The notes beneath the pieces are model-generated. The model was given only the letters and a program-made list of their open reading frames with translations. It was not told the DNA's origin and did no database searches. This document shows positions 6,576-16,213 of a DNA stretch of 30,947 bases, one piece after another. The DNA is from a virus (lineage: Duplodnaviria > Heunggongvirae > Uroviricota > Caudoviricetes), in IMG/VR virus record IMGVR_UViG_2534682078_000030. One strand, written 5' to 3'. The stretch's first letter is position 1, and each line of letters opens with the position of its first letter. Position numbers and translations under genes: made by a program.

Positions 6576-8326
6576 CAGAACTCCATAACCGTGAAACGCT
6601 CGTTTTCTCCTTCGCCGCCAATTGGTTCGTTAATGACAGCAAGCATGGTTGCCCACGCAAGGTCGCCGTGGCTGATCCCCCTCGCGCGGTCCGTTTCGTA
6701 AGTGATAAAACCGCCCGGTGTTTTCACCTTACGCACGGCGTTAAAGGCCGCGACCAGCTCGCGTTCGGCGCGATCGTATTCCCACCGCCCGGCACGCATT
6801 ATTTGCAGCATTTTCAGTACCAGCGACCGTTTTGATGACAGCGTGAAGGTGTACGGAATAGCAGCAGGGAAAAACCGTTTCACTATCTGATAAACAGCCT
6901 CCCCGTTCCCGCCCGTCACATCAATGCCGATGTGTTCCACGTTGTAGCGACACGTGAACTCTTCAATGACTCTGGCCTGTTCTTCAAACTCCAGCCCCTG
7001 AACGCGTCGCGTCTCCACCGTTCGAAAACGGCCACCAGGAACAGCCGGAGGAACCACCACAGACACAGCGCCGCTGTCGCCGTTGCCACTGCTGCCGTTT
7101 GCGTCATACCCAATCCATACCGGACGATTCCCCATCGGGCGGGGAGCAAAAGGTTTCCAGTCTTTCCAGTCGTCGTATCCGTCAACACCGCAGCCAATCA
7201 GGATATTCAGGTTAAATGCCGATTCCCCTTCGCGGACAAACTCACACATATAGAGATTGAGGAACTCGTCTTCGGTGTTTTCATCACGAATTTCGTCGAT
7301 ATCGGTGTGTTTCCAGCCGTGATTAACCACATCTTCCAGCGTGACAATTTGCCGCCACGTCCGGTCAGGGCAGATAAGCCCGTTATGCAGCGTATTCCAG
7401 TCCACAGAAAAACGCCGGCGTTTATGCGTGGCCTTTTTCTCGTTCCAGCGGTCGCCGTTCCAGTAGGCGTATGCTTCGTGCGTTTCGGTGGATGGCGTGG
7501 AGAAGTAGGTGCGCCGCAGTCCGCTGAGGGTTGCCATAGCGCCAGCCACCTTGCGCAGTTCAGCAAAGCGACTGACCCAGAAAAATTCATCAAAATAAAA
7601 ATTGCCCGTATAGGACTGCGCCGACGCAGCAGAAGTGCCGAGAAAATGCAGCTCTGCGCCATTGGAGAGGATGATTTTATCGCCCCCTTTCAGCTCCACA
7701 TCAACTTCAGCCGCAGCCTTCTGAATAATGCTTTTAAACTGGAACGCCTGACGACGCGACGCAGACAAAAAAATCTGGTTACGCTGGTAAGGTTGCGCCA
7801 CATCGTCACGCAGCGCCATCAGCAGAGCTTCCTGTGCAAAATACCAGGTCGCCCCAATCTGTCGGGATTTCAGGATCATCCTGTTACGTATCCCGGCTTC
7901 CCTGCAAAGGGTCAGGGAGTCAAACCAGCCCCGCTGATGCCACTCCAGCCTGCTGATGATTTTTTCCCGCAGTGCGGAAATCTGTTCCGGCGTGAAATGA
8001 TTTTTGAGTTTTTTCGCCCGGCCTTTCTTTCCTGCGGCCATCACATCCGGATGGCCATCATGCAGCTTTTTAAGCTGCCGGGTCAGCAGGTCTATTTCCT
8101 TAAAGTCACCGCCTGTTTTATTCTGTTTTTCAGTAAGCTGGATGAGGCGCGCATCGATGGACTGCGTGACACGCTGCACGGGTGGCGTTTCATCCCACTG
8201 GTCGCGTTTTTTCCACGCATAAATCGTGTTCGGGTTTATTCCCATCAGACGTGATATTTCTGCGGGCGGATAACCCTGCCAGTAAAGTTGCCGCGCACGC
8301 TGGCGCACAAAAGCGTCCTGAATCAT
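6575..8326 (-). CDS. P: Terminase large subunit (P2 gpP family)
   Basis: 583 aa; divergent from the O-N-M-L operon across a 120-bp intergenic region, as in P2. Confidence 0.85.
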   Translation of the reverse strand: MIQDAFVRQRARQLYWQGYPPAEISRLMGINPNTIYAWKKRDQWDETPPVQRVTQSIDARLIQLTEKQNKTGGDFKEIDLLTRQLKKLHDGHPDVMAAGKKGRAKKLKNHFTPEQISALREKIISRLEWHQRGWFDSLTLCREAGIRNRMILKSRQIGATWYFAQEALLMALRDDVAQPYQRNQIFLSASRRQAFQFKSIIQKAAAEVDVELKGGDKIILSNGAELHFLGTSAASAQSYTGNFYFDEFFWVSRFAELRKVAGAMATLSGLRRTYFSTPSTETHEAYAYWNGDRWNEKKATHKRRRFSVDWNTLHNGLICPDRTWRQIVTLEDVVNHGWKHTDIDEIRDENTEDEFLNLYMCEFVREGESAFNLNILIGCGVDGYDDWKDWKPFAPRPMGNRPVWIGYDANGSSGNGDSGAVSVVVPPAVPGGRFRTVETRRVQGLEFEEQARVIEEFTCRYNVEHIGIDVTGGNGEAVYQIVKRFFPAAIPYTFTLSSKRSLVLKMLQIMRAGRWEYDRAERELVAAFNAVRKVKTPGGFITYETDRARGISHGDLAWATMLAVINEPIGGEGENERFTVMEF

Positions 8327-8480
8327 TGCTCCCCCTGAGTAATTACAGGAAGATTACCCGCGCGCGAAACCGTTCTCCTTAACCCCCTGTTCTGGCCGTT
8401 TTCTTACAACAAAAGCCCTTTGTATCAGCCTGTTACGCTTTGCCATCATGACTGAAGAACCAGTCAGAGGGGCAAAAACT

Positions 8481-9317
8481 ATGGCTAATGAAAAAAAGAC
8501 ATCCCGCAAAAAGTTTCGCGTGGCTGTCTCCGGATCAACTGTTGATGGCCGTGAAATCAGTCCGGTGCATCTGCGTGAAGCCGCCGAGAACTTCAACCCG
8601 GATGTTTACGCTGCCCGCGTGAACGTTGAGCACTATCTCTCGCCATGCCCGTCAAGCGAATTTTCCGCAATGGGCGATGTCACCGCACTGAGTACGGAAG
8701 ACATTACGGAAGGTCCGCTGGCCGGACGTACTGCGCTGTATGCAGAAATCGAACCGACCGAGCGCATGAAGCAGCTTGTCGCGGACGGCAAGAAAATCTA
8801 TTCCAGTATCGAACTGCACCCGCAGTTCTCCGTTAACGGGCGTGCCTATCTGGTCGGGCTGGCGATGACCGACACCCCGGCAAGCCTGGGCACTGAGCGC
8901 CTGAAATTCACGGCACAGCAACGTCAGGCGGTAATGACGTTCAACAGTGTCCAGGGTGAAGCGCCGCTTATCTCCGAAGCCATCGAGTCTGAAATCATCG
9001 AAATGGCAGAACAACGCCAGGAAGAAGGCACCCAGTGGTTTAACCGCGTAATGGGGATTATTGGCCGTGGCCGCAAAGCGGATGACGCCAGTTTTTCCCG
9101 TATTCAGGAAGCGGTGGAAGGCGTCGCAACGTCACAGGCCGACATTATCGACCGTTTTAATGTGCTGGAAACCCGCCATCAGCAGGACCGCCAGAAAATT
9201 ACGTCACTGACCACAGAGCTGACAGCACTGAAGGAAAAACTGCGCACGCAGGACGGCGATCCGCAGAACCGGTTCACCGCAACGGGCGCAGCCTCCGACC
9301 AGCTGGCTGACTTCTGA
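8481..9317 (+). CDS. O: Capsid scaffolding protein (P2 gpO family)
   Basis: FRVAVSGSTVDGREISPVHLREAAENFNPDVYAARVNVEHY matches the conserved gpO N-terminus. ATG at 8481 is preceded by GAGGGG; the tracked ORF starts at 8448 without an SD. Confidence 0.85.
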   Translation: MANEKKTSRKKFRVAVSGSTVDGREISPVHLREAAENFNPDVYAARVNVEHYLSPCPSSEFSAMGDVTALSTEDITEGPLAGRTALYAEIEPTERMKQLVADGKKIYSSIELHPQFSVNGRAYLVGLAMTDTPASLGTERLKFTAQQRQAVMTFNSVQGEAPLISEAIESEIIEMAEQRQEEGTQWFNRVMGIIGRGRKADDASFSRIQEAVEGVATSQADIIDRFNVLETRHQQDRQKITSLTTELTALKEKLRTQDGDPQNRFTATGAASDQLADF

Positions 9318-9340
9318 TAAGACAAAGGAGCAAATTTTTT

Positions 9341-10393
9341 ATGAATCTGGTGATGTCAGATATTACCCGCAACAAGCTGGGTTGCTATATGGCGCAGCAG
9401 GCGTCGCTTAATAATATCCCGGTTTCTGCGCTGGTATCGCGATTTACCGTAGAACCCTCGGTGCAGCAGCGTTTTGAAAACGCCTCAAAGGAAAGCACCG
9501 AATTTACAAAAAGAATTAACGTGATCGGCGTGACCGACCAGAAAGGCGAAAAAATCCTCCTGGATACCACAGGACCGATTGCGCGCACGAATACCAGTTA
9601 TGACGGCACAAAACGCCGTAACCCGAATAACGTGGTTGATCTGAAAAACCGCAAATACCAGTGCGAACAGGTGAACTACGACACGTTTATTTCATATCCG
9701 CAGCTTGATGCCTGGGCGGCACATCCTGATTTTCAGTCCCGCATCAGCGCACAGATTGCCCGACAGGTGGCGCTTGACCGCATCATGATCGGTTTCAACG
9801 GCACGTCTCACGCGGATGAGTCCAACTTCAGCACCAACAAGCTGCTTCAGGACGTTAACGTGGGCTGGCTGGAGCACATCAGAACCGACGCCAGCGAACG
9901 CGTTATGAATGACGTGACGCTGACCTCCCGCAACATGGACAACACCGTGGCGCACGCGGGTAAGTATGCGAACGCTGATGCACTGGTACAGGACGCACGC
10001 TCATCCCTGCTGGATGAATGGCACAAGGAAGCTGACGACCTCGTGGTGATTATGGGGCGCAACCTGTTTAACTCGCTGCGTCTGCCCGTGCTGAACAGCA
10101 TCAGCGGCCAGAATCCCAATGCGGAATTACTTGCCGGGCAGCTCATCCTGTCATCGCGCACCATTGGCGGGCTGGGCGTGTTCCTTGCGCCGTTCTTCCC
10201 GGATGCAACGATGCTTATCACCTCGTTCAACAACCTGTCGATTTACTGGCAGAAAGGTTCAATGCGTCGCCTGATGAAAGACGAACCGGAATACAACCGC
10301 ATCGCCACCTACCAGTCCATCAATGACGCTTATGTCGTTGAAGACTATGGCAAGTGCGCGATGGTCACTGGCCTGAAGTTCGCCGACAGCTAA
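9341..10393 (+). CDS. N: Major capsid protein (P2 gpN family)
   Basis: 350 aa; motifs FTVEPSV, MLQDVNVGWL, YFPDAMLIT, DYVVEDY align with P2 gpN. SD AAGGAG precedes the ATG. Confidence 0.9.
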   Translation: MNLVMSDITRNKLGCYMAQQASLNNIPVSALVSRFTVEPSVQQRFENASKESTEFTKRINVIGVTDQKGEKILLDTTGPIARTNTSYDGTKRRNPNNVVDLKNRKYQCEQVNYDTFISYPQLDAWAAHPDFQSRISAQIARQVALDRIMIGFNGTSHADESNFSTNKLLQDVNVGWLEHIRTDASERVMNDVTLTSRNMDNTVAHAGKYANADALVQDARSSLLDEWHKEADDLVVIMGRNLFNSLRLPVLNSISGQNPNAELLAGQLILSSRTIGGLGVFLAPFFPDATMLITSFNNLSIYWQKGSMRRLMKDEPEYNRIATYQSINDAYVVEDYGKCAMVTGLKFADS

Positions 10394-10438
10394 TCAACTC
10401 ACGGCGGGCATCATGCCCGCCTGTAACGGAGAGAAAAA

Positions 10439-11239
10439 ATGATTACTCCTGCACAGCAACACTGGCAGAACGTGATGGCACAGCGCGCAGGCCGGGCGAA
10501 TGAAGGCGTGGACCACGCCGCGCGTACCGCGCATGAAGAGGTGCTGTATCGTCTGCGTCTGGCACAGGCCCGCCTTAAGGGCGTACAGGCCAGAAGCGCG
10601 AAAGCCGCCATCAAAAAAGAGTTATTGCCGGACTTTTCCGGCTGGATTGAGGGAACGCTGGAGGCTGACGGCGGGCAGCAGGATGAAGTGATTGCCACGC
10701 TGATGGTGTGGGCGATTGACTGCGGCGATCTTCCGCTGGCGCTGCGTATTGGTGCGTATGTGGTCCGTCATAACCTCATTATGCCGGATAACTTTGGCCG
10801 TACTGCTGCCACGGTACTGACCGAAGAAATCTGCAACCCGGTACTGACGCAGGCCGGGACGGATGCCGACGCGGATTTATCCGCCTTTATCGAACCACTG
10901 GATACCCTCCGGGAGATTGTCACCGACCAGGACATGCCGGACGAAGTGCGCGCCAAATTATGCAAGGCGTGCGCCTTTGCCCGTCGTGGTCTGACCGATG
11001 CAGACAACATGGCCTTATCACTGAAGCTGCTGCGCGAAGCGATGCACCTGAACCCGAACGCAGGTGTGAAACGCGAGATTGCAACCCTTTCCCGCGCCCT
11101 GAAAAAAGCCGATTCCGCAGCCGAACCAGAAGACGCCAGCGCACAGCAGGCGCAGGACGAAAGCAGCAAAAGTAAAAAGACAACGCGGAAGCCTGCAACA
11201 CGAAAAACCACCGCGACGCAGAAGGCGAAGCGCGGTTAA
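10439..11239 (+). CDS. M: Terminase small subunit (P2 gpM family)
   Basis: 266 aa; DMPDEVRAKL and NAGVKREI motifs and a basic Lys/Arg-rich C-terminus as in gpM. Confidence 0.85.
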   Translation: MITPAQQHWQNVMAQRAGRANEGVDHAARTAHEEVLYRLRLAQARLKGVQARSAKAAIKKELLPDFSGWIEGTLEADGGQQDEVIATLMVWAIDCGDLPLALRIGAYVVRHNLIMPDNFGRTAATVLTEEICNPVLTQAGTDADADLSAFIEPLDTLREIVTDQDMPDEVRAKLCKACAFARRGLTDADNMALSLKLLREAMHLNPNAGVKREIATLSRALKKADSAAEPEDASAQQAQDESSKSKKTTRKPATRKTTATQKAKRG

Positions 11240-11255
11240 CGACTGACCCCGTCAG

Positions 11256-11327
11256 CGGGCGGCGTGCGCGGTGTTCCGGTTTGACTCCGTGACCGTTTAC
11301 ACCGCGCACCCACCGCCCGATTTTTTT
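11256..11327 (+). terminator. Long imperfect hairpin followed by T7 between M and L; candidate intrinsic terminator/attenuator
   Basis: CGGGCGGCGTGCGCGGTG (11256-11273) pairs with CACCGCGCACCCACCGCCCG (11300-11319); T run at 11321-11327. Confidence 0.45.
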
Positions 11328-11341
11328 CAGGAGTGAACCCC

Positions 11342-11836
11342 ATGAGTATGGTTGCCAGAACTGAACCCAGACCCGCAGAGGACGACATCACCGATACCGA
11401 TGATGGCGATACCCGCATTTCAGCGGGTGCATTCTGGCCGGATATTGTGCTGCGCGAGCTGCGTCTGGCGGTACGACTGCCGGGCCGCGTGACCACCTCC
11501 CGCCTGCTGCATACTGCCACCGGGGCTGTGGCACACGTTACCCGCGAGCTGGAAGCATGGCAGCAGGAACAGCAGGCAGCTGGCCATCAGACGCTGGCCG
11601 ATGTTCCGGCCCCTGTAATTAACGGAGAAAGCGTCAATCTCTGGCACTGGCGCAATGCGGTTTATACCGCCACGCGCGCCCTGATTCTGGAGCGTTATCG
11701 TGATGCAGACACAACGGACAAGGGCGACCGCCGGGCGGACGCTCTGGATATACAGACATCGGATTTGTGGCGTGATGTGAGCTGGGCCATCTCTGACATT
11801 CTGTGCCGCCCGCGAATCTTTGCGGAGTTGTGCTGA
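11342..11836 (+). CDS. L: Head completion/stabilisation protein (P2 gpL family)
   Basis: Position after M; ATG at 11342 with SD CAGGAG (the tracked ORF begins at a GTG at 11333). Confidence 0.75.
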   Translation: MSMVARTEPRPAEDDITDTDDGDTRISAGAFWPDIVLRELRLAVRLPGRVTTSRLLHTATGAVAHVTRELEAWQQEQQAAGHQTLADVPAPVINGESVNLWHWRNAVYTATRALILERYRDADTTDKGDRRADALDIQTSDLWRDVSWAISDILCRPRIFAELC

Positions 11837-12036
11837 TGAAAGTGAAGGCACTGGAAGGCGACACCGTGGATTCGCTCTGTTTCCGGTACTACGGCACGAC
11901 GCAGGGCGTCACCGAAAAGGTGCTGGATGCCAACCCCGGACTCTGTCAGCAGGTATTTCTGGACGCCGGGCAGGAAGTTGAGATGCCGGAGCCGGAGAAG
12001 AAGAAACGAGAAATGATTCAGTTGTGGGGGGAGTAG
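11836..12036 (+). CDS. X: Tail protein X (P2 gpX family)
   Basis: 66 aa, MKVKALEGDTVDSLCFRYYG...; the ATG overlaps the L stop (TGATG). Confidence 0.75.
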   Translation: MKVKALEGDTVDSLCFRYYGTTQGVTEKVLDANPGLCQQVFLDAGQEVEMPEPEKKKREMIQLWGE

Positions 12037-12038
12037 CA

Positions 12039-12362
12039 GTGAGCACCATTCAAACAGGGATCACAGAGCAGGTTATTGCGTGGCTCTTTGACCACCTGCC
12101 AACGGTGTATGCAGTAGGCGCGGCGGTCAGCATTTCCGCGCTGATGAGTCTTTATGACGGACGAACACTGGTTCAGACCGTAACGGGATCGCTGGCGTGC
12201 GGCGTTCTTGCCATGGCCGTGGCCGGGTCGTTGCGCTTCTTCGGGTTTCCTGAAGATGCCGTGACGTTTATCGGCGCATCAATCGGTTTTATGGGTGCAG
12301 AGAAAGCACGCGACAAGGTTATTGCGGCCTTTAATCGCAGGGTGAAGGAGAAGGACGAATGA
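12039..12362 (+). CDS. Holin (P2 gpY-like)
   Basis: About 107 aa with three hydrophobic segments and a charged C-terminus; GTG at 12039 preceded by GGGGGAG. Start uncertain (the tracked ORF begins at 12024). Confidence 0.65.
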   Translation: MSTIQTGITEQVIAWLFDHLPTVYAVGAAVSISALMSLYDGRTLVQTVTGSLACGVLAMAVAGSLRFFGFPEDAVTFIGASIGFMGAEKARDKVIAAFNRRVKEKDE

Positions 12363-12751
12363 GCAACACATTTAAATTCAGCAGCCGGAGCGAAAAGAAT
12401 TTGCAGGGCGTAAATCCTGATCTGGTGAAAGTGACCCGACGGGCACTGGAAATCTCGGAAGTGGATTTTGGTATCACCGAAGGGTTGCGCAGCCGTTACC
12501 GCCAGAAGCAACTGGTGGCCACGGGTAAGAGCCAGACCATGAACAGCCGCCACCTTACGGGGCATGCCGTGGATGTTGTGGCTTATATCGGCAGCCAGGT
12601 GTCATGGGAATGGCCGCTGTACGAAAAAATCGCAGCAGCATTCAGACAGGCCAGCCGGGAACTGAATATTCCGGTGGAATGGGGCGGCGACTGGAAGACC
12701 CTGAAAGACGGACCGCATTTTCAGTTACCACACGGAGCCTATCCGGCATGA
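12359..12751 (+). CDS. Endolysin, peptidase M15-like (not a P2 K-type lysozyme)
   Basis: 130 aa with SRHLTGHAVD, the SxHxxGxAxD zinc-binding signature of VanY/M15 peptidases. Confidence 0.7.
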   Translation: MSNTFKFSSRSEKNLQGVNPDLVKVTRRALEISEVDFGITEGLRSRYRQKQLVATGKSQTMNSRHLTGHAVDVVAYIGSQVSWEWPLYEKIAAAFRQASRELNIPVEWGGDWKTLKDGPHFQLPHGAYPA

Positions 12752-13155
12752 AGCTCTGGCCCACGCTTGGCGTCGCTTTCCTTCTGATTGCCGGATGGGG
12801 AACATCCATGCGTCTGTCTTGGTCGCTGGGCCGGGAGAACGCCAGAAACGAAGCACAGGCCAGCACCCTGAAAAGTACCGCCGACACCCTGAATATCATC
12901 AGCGCCGGGGGACAGGATATGCAGCAGGTGCTGGCGCAACTCCGCGTGGAAAATCAGCAACGCAATCAGGACGGAGAGGTAAGACGTGAACAGCTACGCA
13001 ACGATATTGCAAAAGATGAATGCGCCCACGCTTTGCCTGACGCTCGTTTTACTGACAGGCTGCGCAGGCACGCAGAACGCGCCACTGCCAGCGCCGTCAG
13101 TCCGGCTTATACCGCAGACGCTGACCATACCGGTAACGCCTCCCCGCTTCCCTGA
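12748..13155 (+). CDS. i-spanin (Rz/LysB-like)
   Basis: ATG overlaps the endolysin stop; N-terminal membrane anchor MKLWPTLGVAFLLIAGWG followed by a coiled-coil-like charged region. Confidence 0.6.
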   Translation: MKLWPTLGVAFLLIAGWGTSMRLSWSLGRENARNEAQASTLKSTADTLNIISAGGQDMQQVLAQLRVENQQRNQDGEVRREQLRNDIAKDECAHALPDARFTDRLRRHAERATASAVSPAYTADADHTGNASPLP

Positions 13156-13306
13156 TACTCCCACATGGGGAAATCTCGGTATATGGGGCGACCGCCTTCT
13201 GGATGCACTGGAAACCTGTAACGCGGATAAACGGGCCATTGAATTACTGGAACAGCGCAGGCTGCAACGACTGAACAACGAGGATAACAACCATGCTGAA
13301 AACTGA
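12986..13306 (+). CDS. o-spanin lipoprotein (Rz1/LysC-like), overlapping the i-spanin in the +1 frame
   Basis: Lipobox LLTGC after a short hydrophobic signal and a Pro-rich mature region; starts inside the i-spanin gene and extends beyond it. Alternative start at 13016. Confidence 0.6.
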   Translation: MNSYATILQKMNAPTLCLTLVLLTGCAGTQNAPLPAPSVRLIPQTLTIPVTPPRFPDTPTWGNLGIWGDRLLDALETCNADKRAIELLEQRRLQRLNNEDNNHAEN

Positions 13307-13760
13307 TTCCCTGCGTGAAGCCATGACCCGTTCATGCCGATGGTGTCAGGCCAACCCGGAAAAATTCACCATTTTCGTGGAGAGCGGCAACATTGAAACG
13401 ACCGGAGAAACCCCATCGTTTGTTTACCGCTATCAGATGGTGATGTTTGTCATGGATTACGCCGGGGAGCTGGACGACCTCACGCTGCCGCTGCTGGCGT
13501 GGTTATCCGAAAATCAGCCACAGTTGTTGCTCAACCCTGAGCGTAATCAGGACATCAAATTCTCCGCCGTTATCAATGACGATGACAGCGCCGATCTCCT
13601 GTTTACGCTCCCCCTGCGGGAACGCGTTCGCATCACGCGCAGCAGTCAGGGGACACCGCAGGCAGAACACCTGCCGGAGCCAAAACCCCGCCTGCCATCT
13701 CCCGAAGGCGACTGGTCGCATGTATTCCAGGATGTGACGTGGGGTGAAAGCGATGGATAA
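13293..13760 (+). CDS. R: Tail completion protein (P2 gpR family)
   Basis: 155 aa, MLKTDSLREAMT...LLAWLSENQP resembles gpR. Confidence 0.8.
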   Translation: MLKTDSLREAMTRSCRWCQANPEKFTIFVESGNIETTGETPSFVYRYQMVMFVMDYAGELDDLTLPLLAWLSENQPQLLLNPERNQDIKFSAVINDDDSADLLFTLPLRERVRITRSSQGTPQAEHLPEPKPRLPSPEGDWSHVFQDVTWGESDG

Positions 13761-14388
13761 GGCATTCACCCGCGTGGATGAAACCTTTGAGGCCATCCGC
13801 GACAGCCTGAATCAGCAGGCCATCAATAACATCGCCAGAAAGCTGGCACAGGATTTACGCCGCGCCCAGCAGGCGCGTATCCGGTCACAGAAAGCGCCGG
13901 ACGGGACCGCGTGGACACCACGCAGACGCCGCGTAACCCGGATACAGGAACGCATTCGCTTTATCTGGAATAACGAAGCACGCACGCTGAAAAACTGGCA
14001 TCACGACACGGGGAAATACGGGCGAACCATTACCGGGTGGGATGAGGATAAAAACAATATCCGCACGTTTTACCGGGATGACATCGACCGTTTTCTGGAA
14101 ATACGCACCCGGCGCATCAACCAGGACAGCACAAAGCGCGTCCCCATGTTCGTAAAACTGCGCACCGCCCGCTACCTGAAAGCCCGTGCAGATGCTTCCG
14201 GTGTGACGGTGGGTTACAGCGGCGTGGCCGCACGTATTGCCCGCGTTCATCAGTTCGGTGAGCGCGATCAGGTTGCGCCGGGCATTTTCACCGATTACCC
14301 GGTACGTGAGCTGTGGGGTATCAGCCAGGCAGATGAGCGCCTGATTTATAACACGGTGCTGGGCCGGATTGCGGAGGCTGTACGGTGA
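13753..14388 (+). CDS. S: Tail completion / virion morphogenesis protein (P2 gpS family)
   Basis: Position between R and V; ATG at 13753 with SD GGGGTGA. Longer than P2 gpS. Confidence 0.65.
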   Translation: MDKAFTRVDETFEAIRDSLNQQAINNIARKLAQDLRRAQQARIRSQKAPDGTAWTPRRRRVTRIQERIRFIWNNEARTLKNWHHDTGKYGRTITGWDEDKNNIRTFYRDDIDRFLEIRTRRINQDSTKRVPMFVKLRTARYLKARADASGVTVGYSGVAARIARVHQFGERDQVAPGIFTDYPVRELWGISQADERLIYNTVLGRIAEAVR

Positions 14389-14966
14389 GCGCTGAACTCA
14401 TGCGACTGCTGAGCAACATCATCCGTACCGGGATCATCTCTGAAGTTGATGAGGAATCCTGGTGCGTGCGCGTTCGCAGCGGCGAACTGGAAACAGGCTG
14501 GCTGCGCTGGAACACCACGCGCGCGGGTGCCTTCAATGTGTGGTTGCCGCCATCACCCGGCGAACAGGTGGTAATTGCCTGCATCGGCGGCAACCCGGAA
14601 ACCGCCATGATAATTGGCAGTCTGTGGAGTGATGCCATTCCGGCACCCGGCAAAAGCCTGAAAGAAATCGTGGTCAGCGCGCCGGATGGCGCGGTGTTCC
14701 GCTACGACGCGGACGCAGGCGCACTGAGCGCCAGCGGCATGAAAACGGCCACCCTGCAGGCATCCGTCAGTGTGACGCTGGACACACCTGTCGTGGAATG
14801 CACAGACCTTCTGAGAACAGCGACGCTTGACGTCACAAAAGGAGGAAAGATGAGCGGCAATATCACGCACAGCGGCGGCAACTTCACCTCAAACGGCATT
14901 ACCGTGCATACGCATAAACACGGTGGCGTGAAAGGCGGCAGCGATTCGACAGGAGGCCCGCAGTGA
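14385..14966 (+). CDS. V: Baseplate spike protein (P2 gpV family)
   Basis: IRTGIISEVD...GEQVVIAC...HTHKHGGVKGGSDSTGGP matches the gpV pattern including the C-terminal HTHKH motif. Confidence 0.85.
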   Translation: MSAELMRLLSNIIRTGIISEVDEESWCVRVRSGELETGWLRWNTTRAGAFNVWLPPSPGEQVVIACIGGNPETAMIIGSLWSDAIPAPGKSLKEIVVSAPDGAVFRYDADAGALSASGMKTATLQASVSVTLDTPVVECTDLLRTATLDVTKGGKMSGNITHSGGNFTSNGITVHTHKHGGVKGGSDSTGGPQ

Positions 14967-15313
14967 CAACCCGCTACACAGGAATGAATCCGGACGGGAC
15001 GGGAAACCTGAACGATATGGAGCACCTGAAACAGTCAGTCAGGGATATCCTGACCACCCCGCTGGCAAGCCGGGTTATGCGACGGGAATATGGCAGCCTT
15101 GTGCCTGATTTGATTGACGAACCCATGAATAACACCACGCGTCTGCAATGCATGAGTGCTGCCGTGATTGCGCTGACACGATGGGAACCCCGCATTGCCC
15201 TGGATGCCATCGACGTTGTCTGGAAAGCGGGAGGCCGCGCCGGGGTGACGCTGTCGGGCACTGTCATGCAGACCATGCAGAATGTTGAGTTAACCATCAC
15301 GCTGAGGGAGTAA
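14963..15313 (+). CDS. W: Baseplate wedge protein (P2 gpW family)
   Basis: 116 aa, overlaps the V stop; position and size fit gpW. Confidence 0.85.
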   Translation: MTTRYTGMNPDGTGNLNDMEHLKQSVRDILTTPLASRVMRREYGSLVPDLIDEPMNNTTRLQCMSAAVIALTRWEPRIALDAIDVVWKAGGRAGVTLSGTVMQTMQNVELTITLRE

Positions 15314-15316
15314 ATC

Positions 15317-16213
15317 ATGCCCGCCGTTGACCTTTCCCAGTTACCGGAACCCGCCATCATCGCGGAGCCTGACTTTGAGGCAATTCTGGCTGACACAAAG
15401 GCCATGATGATTGCGGCTTATCCCGCCGAACAGCGTGAAGCCGTCTCCGCCGCGCTGGAGCTGGAATCGGAACCCCTGAACGTTATCGCCCAGACAACAG
15501 CGTTTCGTGAAATGCTGTTACGCCAGCGGGTCAATGAGGGGGCACGCGCCTGCATGTTAAGCCACAGCGCCGGGACAGACCTGGACAACCTCGCGGGCAA
15601 TATGAACACAAAGCGCCTGACCATCACTCCGGCAACGGATACCACCGACGCAGTGATGGAAAGTGACACCTCGCTGAGACTGCGGGCGCAGCGGGCGTAC
15701 GATGGCCTGAGTGTTGCTGGCCCGTCAGGTGCATACGAGTATTTTGCCCGCAGCGCCAGCGGTCTGGTGCGTGATGCGCGGGCTATCAGTCCGTCTCCGG
15801 CAAATGTGACGGTTTCCATCCTGTCCACTGAAGGCGACGGCACAGCAACGGAGGCGTTGCTTAATACCGTTCGCGCCGTTCTGAATGCAGAGGATACCCG
15901 CCCGGTGGCCGACCGCCTTACTGTACAGAGCGCCAGAATCGTGACATGGCGGCTGAATGCAAAACTGTACTTTTACCCCGGCCCGGAATCCGAACCTATT
16001 CTGGCGGCGGCTGAATCGTCGTTCAGGAAGTGGCTGGCTGAGCAGGGGCTTATCGGTCAGGACGTGGCGTTGTCCGCCATTGCTGCCGCACTGCATGTGC
16101 ACGGTGTGCAACGCGTGGAGATAATCGAACCCACACAGAATATGGCCATCAGCGACATACAGGCGGCGCGCTGTGAGTCGTTCACCATCAGCGAAGGTGG
16201 GCGCAATGAGTAA
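15317..16213 (+). CDS. J: Baseplate assembly protein (P2 gpJ family)
   Basis: 298 aa between W and I. Confidence 0.85.
   Translation: MPAVDLSQLPEPAIIAEPDFEAILADTKAMMIAAYPAEQREAVSAALELESEPLNVIAQTTAFREMLLRQRVNEGARACMLSHSAGTDLDNLAGNMNTKRLTITPATDTTDAVMESDTSLRLRAQRAYDGLSVAGPSGAYEYFARSASGLVRDARAISPSPANVTVSILSTEGDGTATEALLNTVRAVLNAEDTRPVADRLTVQSARIVTWRLNAKLYFYPGPESEPILAAAESSFRKWLAEQGLIGQDVALSAIAAALHVHGVQRVEIIEPTQNMAISDIQAARCESFTISEGGRNE

Noticed and set aside
6932-8254. 440-aa plus-strand ORF overlapping the terminase large subunit gene
   Set aside because: Lies entirely antisense to a well-supported, conserved gene; no SD; composition consistent with a spurious open frame in GC-rich DNA.
8327-8480. 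Ogr-dependent late promoter motif (TGT-N12-ACA) in the divergent P/O intergenic region and in the FI/D intergenic region (27119-27275)
   Set aside because: No exact TGT-N12-ACA dyad found on either strand by eye; late promoters are probably present but I cannot place them.
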